The translations under genes and the position numbers were made by a program. A DNA stretch of 64,000 nucleotides from Eledone cirrhosa. Its lineage: Eukaryota. Below are positions 55,725-64,000 of the stretch, piece by piece. The stretch lies in NCBI GenBank assembly GCA_964016885.1, contig OZ024752.1, forward strand, positions 45,136,001 to 45,200,000. Reading direction: 5' to 3'. The notes under the pieces are model-generated. The model saw only the letters and a list, made by a program, of their open reading frames with translations. It did no database searches and had not been told where the DNA came from. The number at the start of each line of letters is the position of its first letter. Position 1 is the first letter of the stretch.

Positions 55725-56288
55725 CAGTTAAACACCTCAGTTAAACACCTCAGTTAAACAGCACTGTTAAACACCTCAGTTAAACAGCACTGTTAAATAC
55801 CACTGTTAAAACCTCAGTTAAACAGCACTGTTAAACACCTGTTAAACCTCAGTTAAACACCTCAGTTAAACAGCACTGTTAAACACCTGTTAAACACCTC
55901 AGTTAAACACCTCAGTTAAACACCTCAGTTAAACAGCACTGTTAAACACCTCAGTTAAACAGCACTGTTAAACACCACTGTTAAAACCTCAGTTAAACAG
56001 CACTGTTAAACACCACTGTTAAACACCTGTTAAACACCACTGTTAAACACCTGTTAAACACCACTGTTAAACACCTCAGTTAAACACCAGTTAAACACCT
56101 CACAGTTAAACACCTTACAGTTAAACACCTCTGTTAAACACCTCAGTTAAACATCTTACAGTTAAACACCTCAGTTAAACACCTCTGTAAACACCTCTGT
56201 AAACACCTCTGTAAACACCTCAGTTAAACATCACAGTTAAACACCTCACAGTTAAACATCACAGTTAAACACCTCACAGTTAAACACA
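55725..56288. repeat. Degenerate 11-15-bp GTTAAACACCTCA minisatellite
   Basis: Tandem units. Confidence 0.9.
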
Positions 56289-57069
56289 GCCCTATTAAAC
56301 AGATATTGTTATATTTACTTTCAATATGTTCCATGTGGAATCATGTGAGAGAACATTTGATAATAACTCTGCACTGTTTAATTAATTCTTGCAATATCCT
56401 AATATCACTAACGAGCCGCCCATCTCTCTTAACATATTTCCTCCGGCATCTCTCATTTCTGGCCGTGCACCTTAATGGAATTGGTATATTGCATTCCTTC
56501 CTTCCTCTCTTTCTCTCTTCTCTAATTTCTCTCTCTTTCTTTCTCTCATTCTCTACTTCCTTCCTATCTCTTTCTCTCTTTACTTCCTCTCTTTCTCTAT
56601 TTCCTTCCTCTCTCTTTCTCTCATTCTCTACTTCCTTCTTTTCTCTCATTCTCTAATTCGTTCCTCTCTCTTTCTCTCATTCTCTACTTCCTTCTTTTCT
56701 CTCATTCTTTCCTTCCTCTCTCTTTCTCTCATTCTTCTCTCCTTCTTTACTTTCTTCCCTTTTCTCTACTTCCTTCCTAACTTCTTTCCTGTCTCTCCTT
56801 CCTCACACCCTTCTTTCTCTCTTTCCTTCCTATCTTCTCTCTCCTTCATTCTCACCTTTGTTCTCACCTTATTCCTTTCTCTCCTTTCGCTTATCTCTCC
56901 TCCTCCTCCTCCTCCCACTCCTTCACTCCTCCTTCTCTCCTTTTGTTTTCCTCCCCCTTCCACTCATCTCCTTTTTCTTTCCTTCCTGTATTCAATAAAC
57001 AACAAGTTCAGGTAGGTAGGTAGGGGGGTAGGTGGGTAGATGGGTGGGTAGATGGGTGGACAGGTGGGC

Positions 57070-58115
57070 AGGTAAAGGGCCATAACTCTATGCTGTAAAT
57101 CATGTTGTCAGATGTTCTATTGATATTGACAATCCACCATAATATAATAATTGTTTTTGATTTAGGCACAAGGCCAGCAATTAAATCAACCCCAGTGTAT
57201 TACTGGTACTTTATGTTATCAACCTGGTAAGGATGAAAGGCAAAGCTAACCTCGGCGGGATTTGAACTCAGAACATAAAGGACCATAACTCTATGTTGCA
57301 AAGCATGGTGTGTGACGCTCCACCGATTACTCACAATCCACCGTAATAATAATAACAAACGACAACAACAATAATGGTAATAATAATATTATAATATTGT
57401 TTCTACTTCAGGCACAAGGCCAGCAATTACTCCAGTGTATTACTGGTACTTTATTTTATATAATAATGATTTCTAGTATAGGCACAAGGCCAGCAATTAC
57501 CCCAGTGTATTACTGGTACTTTATTTTATATAATATTGTTTCTACTATAGGCACAAGGCCAGCAATTACCCCAGTGTATTACTTGTACTTTATTTTATAT
57601 AATGATGATTTCTACTATAGGCACAAGGCCAGCAATTACCCCAGTGTATTACTGGTACTTTATTTTATATAATAATGATTTCTACTATAGGCACAAGGCC
57701 AGCAATTACCCCAGTGTATTACTGGTACTTTATTTTATATAATAATGATTTCTACTTTAGGTACAAGGCCAGCAATTACCCCAGTGTATTACTGGTACTT
57801 TATTTTATATAATAATGATTTCTACTATAGGTACAAGGCCAGCAATTTGGGGAGAGGGGAAAGTCAATTAAATCGACCCCAGTACATTACTGGTACTTTA
57901 TTTTATTGACCCTGTAAGGATGAAAGGCAAAGTTAACCTCGGTGGGATTTGAACTCAGACCGTAAAGGGACGTAACTCTTCGCTGCAAAGCATGGCGTCC
58001 GACCCTCTACCGATACTGCCATCCCATATAATAATTATTTCTACTTTTTGGCACAAGGCCACCAATTATCCCAGTGCATTACTGGTACTTTATTTTATCG
58101 ACCCCGTAAGGATTA
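57070..58115 (-). mobile_element. Cluster of family A SINEs including a 70-bp tandem of the SINE tail (x7)
   Basis: GG(C/T)ACAAGGCC at 57411, 57481, 57550, 57620, 57690, 57760 and 57830; fuller copies at 57150-57345 and 57820-58025. Confidence 0.9.
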
Positions 58116-58276
58116 GGCTAATAATAGGTATATATATTGGGGCGGGAGGGGGGGGGGGTAAGGACTAAAGGTGGGCTAATTGTTATCATGTGTTGGTGGT
58201 GGTGGTGCCCCAGCAGGGCCACAGCTAGAACACAAATAAATAAATAAAATACATAATTATGAACTAACAGATATAT

Positions 58277-58348
<72 letters not shown>

Positions 58349-58361
58349 ATATTATATATAT

Positions 58362-58703
58362 AGGCACATGACTTAGTGGTTAGAGCATTGGCCTTGCAAT
58401 CGAAAGGTTGTGAGTTCAATTCTCAGACCGGGTGATGTGTTGTTTCCTTGAGCAAGACACTTTATTTCACATTGCTCCAGTTTACTCAGCTGTAGAAATG
58501 AGATGATAGGGACTGGGGTCCCTATCATTCCACTGCAAAGTGGTCGTGGAGGTGCCACGGCAAAAAAGCACCCAGCACTCACTGTAAATGAGGTTGGTGT
58601 TAGGAAAGGCACCCAGCTGTAGAAATCAAGCCAGAATCAGTTCCCGTCCCACCCTTGCAAGCAGGGAAAAGCGGATGTAAAATGATGATGATGATGATGA
58701 TGA
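58362..58703 (+). mobile_element. SINE family B, full length
   Basis: A-box/B-box head through (ATG)n tail. Confidence 0.95.
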
Positions 58704-58780
58704 TATAGTGAAAGAGTATTCACAGCCTCTAACTGGATTACCTATAATGATAATTTGTTATCCCTTATATATATATATAT

Positions 58781-58882
58781 ATGGGGTGTACCAAAAAATG
58801 TATACACACTTCAACAATATTCTAATAAATATTACCTGTATAGGTAGTGAAAGTGTGTATACATTTTTGGGGGACACCCTAT
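58781..58882. mobile_element. Tc1/mariner-like MITE
   Basis: GGGGTGTACCAAAAAATGTATACAC / GTGTATACATTTTTGGGGGACACCCT. Confidence 0.75.
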
Positions 58883-59198
58883 ATCATCACCATTTAACGT
58901 CTATCTTCCACGCTAATATATATATATATATATATGTATATGTATGTATGTGTGTGAGTCCCAGGTTCAGTCGGAGGTAACCGCAGTAAGGAAGGTACTC
59001 AATACATTAGTAGAGTGTAAACATTATGTTTAATATAGAAATGGCTTCTACAGGACTAGAACTGTTTCATTCGAAAGAAATCATTAGGAAATGACAGTTG
59101 GCTTCCGATCAAGTCTTGTAGAAACCATTTCTATATTAAATTTGATATATATACACACATATATAGACACACAGACACACATACGCATATATATATAT

Positions 59199-59437
<239 letters not shown>

Positions 59438-59446
59438 CATATATAT

Positions 59447-59848
59447 GAATATAGACATAGAATATTCGAAAATATTCTGTATGTTTATAATAAACATTTT
59501 GAAGACCTAATCGCTATAGAATAGAATACGTCACGTATTACAATTAGATTCTCGATAAAAGCAAGGGAAGTAATCTACGCGTTTCATTCTTGTTAGAAAT
59601 CATCAGGACTACATATCCAGTGCTTTTATCGAGAATGACACAGCTAGAGACTTATAGAATACTTAGCTGTGTACAGGAACTGGTTTGAAAGAGCGGTTGC
59701 CGGTCCGGCAGAAATTAGAAATTGGAATAAATGCTCTGAAATAGCGATATATATGTGAATATAGACATAGAATATTCGAAAATATTCTGTATGTTTATAA
59801 TAAACATTTTGAAGACCTAATCGCTATAGAATAGAATACGTCACGTAT
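59447..59848. repeat. 92-bp direct repeat pair, period 310 bp, enclosing an HHR
   Basis: 59447-59538 identical to 59757-59848. Confidence 0.9.
59570..59612 (-). ncRNA. Type I hammerhead ribozyme
   Basis: Minus strand: GUAGUC-CUGAUGA-UUUCU(AACA)AGAAU-GAAA-CGCG-UA-GAUUAC; helix I 6 bp, palindromic ACGCGU, GUA site; position 10.1-11.1 is U-U. Confidence 0.75.
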
Positions 59849-60091
59849 ATACATATATATATATACACACATATATATACATATATATATATATACATAT
59901 ATATATATACACACATATATATAAATATATATATATACATATATATATATACACACATATATATATATAAATATATATATATACATATATATATATACAC
60001 ACATATATATATATAAATATATATATATATGATATATATATAAATATATATATATGATATATATATACATATATATATACACACACACACA

Positions 60092-60122
<31 letters not shown>

Positions 60123-60176
60123 TATATATATATATATACATTTATATATATACATATATATATACACACACACACA

Positions 60177-60207
<31 letters not shown>

Positions 60208-60667
60208 TATATATATATATATACATTTATATACATACATATATATATATAGAGAGAGATATAGATAGATATATACATTTATATGCAGACATATATATAT
60301 ATATATATATGTGTGTATATATACATATATATACACACATATATACATACATACATATATATATGAGAGAGAGAGAAAGTGAAGGAGGGATGGTGGTAGT
60401 TAGCTGTGAAGTAAGAATGTTAGCAGGTATGTAGACTGGAAGTTGCACCTGAAAGGAGAGAGAGATGGAAAGAATTTAAATGGATATATAAATATTATAA
60501 AAAGATTGATAGATTCACATAAATATTGATAGGGACACACACATCTATCTATCATACCGAAGGGGACATATAATAAGACTGAACTGAGGACCTTAGAGTT
60601 GTAAAGTGAAATCCTTAACCATTAACCACACGGACATACATAGTTTTTCTTCCTCGTCTTCTTTGTT

Positions 60668-61345
60668 TCTTCTTCTTCACCCACTTATTCCTGAGAGGGT
60701 TGTACAGGGGCCAGAGGCCTTAAACACTCCTTCCAGCAGGTTTTGTCAGAAGCAACTGCCCCCAACCGATCTGGTTGGATCACGAAGTGTGACTATCTTG
60801 CTCGGGGTCTACCCCTTTGTACCCTACCTGTTGCTTTTGCCCGTAAAATCTGTCCAGCGGTTCTTTCCTGTGACATTCTAACCACATGTCCTCCATAGTA
60901 TCAGAGCTGTGATCTCTCAATTAGGAGAAGTAGCAGCTCTACCTGGAGTAACTCTCCAGTGATTCTTACCTGAGACATTCTAACCACATGTCCTCCATAG
61001 TATCGGAGCTGTGATCTCTCAATTAGGAGAAGTAGCAGCTCTACCTGGAGTAACTCTCCAGTGATTCTTACCTGAGACATTCTAACCACATGTCCTCCAT
61101 AGTATCGGAGCTGTGGTCTCTCAATTAGGAGAAGTAGCAGCTCTACCTGGAGTAACTCTCCAGTGATTCTTACCTGAGACATTCTAACCACATGTCCTCC
61201 ATAGTATCGGAGCTGTGGTCTCTCAATTAGGAGAAGTAGCAGCTCTACCTGGAGTAACTCTCCAGTGATTCTTACCTGAGACATTCTAACCACATGTCCT
61301 CCATAGTATCAGAGCTGTGGTCTCTCAATTAGGAGAAGTAGCAGC
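60668..61345 (-). mobile_element. RTE LINE 3' fragment with an in-frame 102-bp internal tandem (x4.6)
   Basis: IERSQLRYYGGHVVRMSQ repeats, then TGRVQRGRPR and a GAAGAAGA tail. Confidence 0.9.
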
Positions 61346-61691
61346 TCTACCTGGAGTAACTCTCTGATCTCCATACACCATTTTATTTTAATCTATATAT
61401 ATAATTATCTAACATCTGTTTTACCTGTTAGTAAGTGTTGGACAGGTTGTTTTAAGCCAGGTCAGTACTACTGACTTTTGAGATGAGCCAGGGGCCATAT
61501 CTCTCTTACATTTGTTTCTCTACTCTGCAGAGTGTACCAGGTGCAGTTCATCACCGAACTAGCACCAGGGAGGTTCTTATGTCTTTGACACAACTCTGCA
61601 ATCCTCTTGACCCTTTCTTTGGTAAGTTTTCTACGGCTGGATAACCTTCCTATCACCAGCTACTTTACATACTCTTTTGGATGTATATACG

Positions 61692-61723
<32 letters not shown>

Positions 61724-61939
61724 CATACATACATATATACATACATATGTACGTACATATATACGTACATATATACGTACATATGTACGTATATATATAC
61801 GTACATATATACATACATATATACATGTATATATATATATATATGTATAAATACATATATATAAATACATTATATATATATATATAGATAGATAGATAGA
61901 TAGATATATACATTTATATACATATGTATATATATATAT

Positions 61940-61985
<46 letters not shown>

Positions 61986-62274
61986 GTGTGTGTGTGTATA
62001 TGTATATATATCTCAAACATGACATATATAATTTTAAATGTTATATAGCGAGAGTGAGTGAGTGAGTGAGATTTGAATAGTCATATTCCAGTGTGTGTGT
62101 ATGTGTGAGTATACACATATGTATATATGTGTATGTGTGCACTACGCACACCAATGTATATATACATATATATATATATGTGTGTGTGTGTGATCCTGCT
62201 GCTAAAAAAGCCAGTTGCTGCTGTATGATATCCTGTCTGTTCATCAGCCATGAGATAAACCAGTCTCTCTCTCT

Positions 62275-63170
62275 CCAGCCACAGTAGTAATATGTTATAT
62301 CCAACTACATTACACTATCTCTCTCTCTCTCTCTCTCACCAGCCAGTAGTAGTATGGTATATCCTACTATATCACACTACTCTCCCCTCTCCCCTCATCT
62401 CTCTCTCTCTCTCACCAGCCAGTAGTAGTAGTGTGGTATATCCTACTATATCACACTACTCTCCCTTCTCCCCTCATCTCTCTCTCACCAGCCAGTAGTA
62501 GTATATTATATCACACTACTTCTATCTCACCCCCCCCCCCCCTCTCCAGCCAGTAGTAATAATGGTATATCCTTCTATATCACACTACTCTCTCTCCCCT
62601 CCCCCTCTCTCTCCCTCCCCCCTCTCTCCAGCCAGTAGTAGTAATGGTATATCCTATATCACACTACCCTCTCTCTCTCTCCCCTCTCCCTCCCCCTCTC
62701 TCTCCCTCCCCTTCTCTCCCTCCCCCTCTCCCCCCCTCTCCCCCCCTCTCCAGCCAGTAGTAGTATGGTATATCCTTCTATATCACACTACTCCCCCCTC
62801 TCTCCCTCCTCCTCTCTCTCTCCCTCCCTCTCTCCAACCAGTAGTAGTATGGTATATCCTTCTATATCACACTACTCCCCCCTCTCTCCCTCCTCCCCCC
62901 CTCTCCCCCCCTCTCCAGCCAGTAGTAGTATGGTATATCCTTCTATATCACACTACTCTCTCCCTCCTCCTCTCTCTCTCCCTCCCTCTCTCCCTCTCTC
63001 TCCCCCCTCTCCCCCCTCTCTCTCTCCAGCCAGTAGTAGTATGGTATATCCTTCTATATCACACTACTCTCTCTCCCTCCTCCTCTCTCTCCCTCCTCCT
63101 CTCTCTCTCCCTCCCTCTCTCCAGCCAGTAGTAATGGTATATCCTTCTATATCACACTACTCTCTCTCTC
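62275..63170. repeat. Array of 11 conserved cores (about 44 bp) separated by variable-length C/T tracts
   Basis: Core CCAGCCAGTAGTAGTATGGTATATCCTTCTATATCACACTACTC. Confidence 0.92.
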
Positions 63171-63724
63171 TCCCTCCCCCTCTCTTTCTTTCCATCCACT
63201 CATACTACTCCTCTCACACTATCTCACATCCCCCACCCCCTCTCTCTCTCCACTCACACCACTACTCTTCCATGATATCACTAGAAATGGCATTACACTG
63301 TCAGAACTGGTGGAGCATCTAACTAGATTCTCTAGTGCTTTGCAGTATTTCTTTTGGAATCCACTGTCGACTTCATCTTTCAATAACATACATACCAGTC
63401 AAATACTGGGGTAGATTTCCTCAACATCTGCCCTCCACCCCAGTACTATCTATTTACCAACTACCCACCTGACCTACCCACCCATCAACCTATGTACTTA
63501 TCCACCTAGCCACCCACCTATCCACTTACCCACTCACCTATTGACCCACCTATCCACTTACCCACTCACCTATTTACCCACCTATCCACTTACCCACTCA
63601 CCTATTTACCCACCTATCTACGTACCCACTCACCTATTTACCCATATAGCCACCCCCATCTACCTACCCACCCCATCAACTTACCCACCCACCCATCAAC
63701 TTACCCATCTCAGATAACATTGTT

Positions 63725-63916
63725 GTAGAGCATCGGACATTGAGTTACGGCCCTTTACGTTCTGAGTTCAAATCCTGCTGAGGTTAGCTTTGCCTTTCAT
63801 CCTTACGGGGTCGATAAAATAAAGTACCAGTAATGCACTGGGTTGATTACCTGTACATGCAATATTTATTAGAATGCTGTTGAAGTGTGTATACAATTTG
63901 GGGGACACACCCTGTA
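63725..63916 (+). mobile_element. Family A SINE fragment fused to half of a Tc1-like MITE
   Basis: SINE to about 63845, then TTACCTGTACATGCAATAT...GGGGACACACCCTGTA. Confidence 0.75.
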
Positions 63917-64000
63917 TTTATATTACCCTTAAGAGATTGCTAGAAGTTGATAAAATACTTTCGATGGAAGGTTGAATTCTTGTGTACAGTGCTCAGGTGC

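Noticed and set aside
62275-63170. CRISPR-like repeat/spacer appearance
   Set aside because: Spacers are low-complexity C/T tracts of variable length, there are no cas genes, and the context is eukaryotic

Overview
AT-rich, microsatellite-saturated animal DNA. The SINE, RTE and MITE repertoire and the (TA)n/(CA)n/(ATG)n load point to an octopod cephalopod (inference). No complete protein-coding gene is visible: nearly all long ORFs in the track are translated simple repeats. The window looks intronic or intergenic. It holds two tRNA-headed SINE families, RTE-tailed elements, and decayed fragments of RTE, RLE-type LINE, Helitron, mariner and Penelope-like (PLE) elements. It also holds piggyBac-, Tc1- and hAT-like MITEs, many minisatellites built from TE pieces, and a few weak isolated exon candidates on both strands. 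The most notable unexplained signal is a set of short, mostly (TA)n-embedded elements carrying type I hammerhead ribozyme (HHR) motifs. About six have an intact or near-intact core and several more are degenerate, and most carry an inverted copy of their own 3' flank. They include a 329-bp near-perfect palindrome with one HHR on each strand and a 310-bp-period retrozyme-like unit. All structures were folded by eye; no database search or folding software was run.
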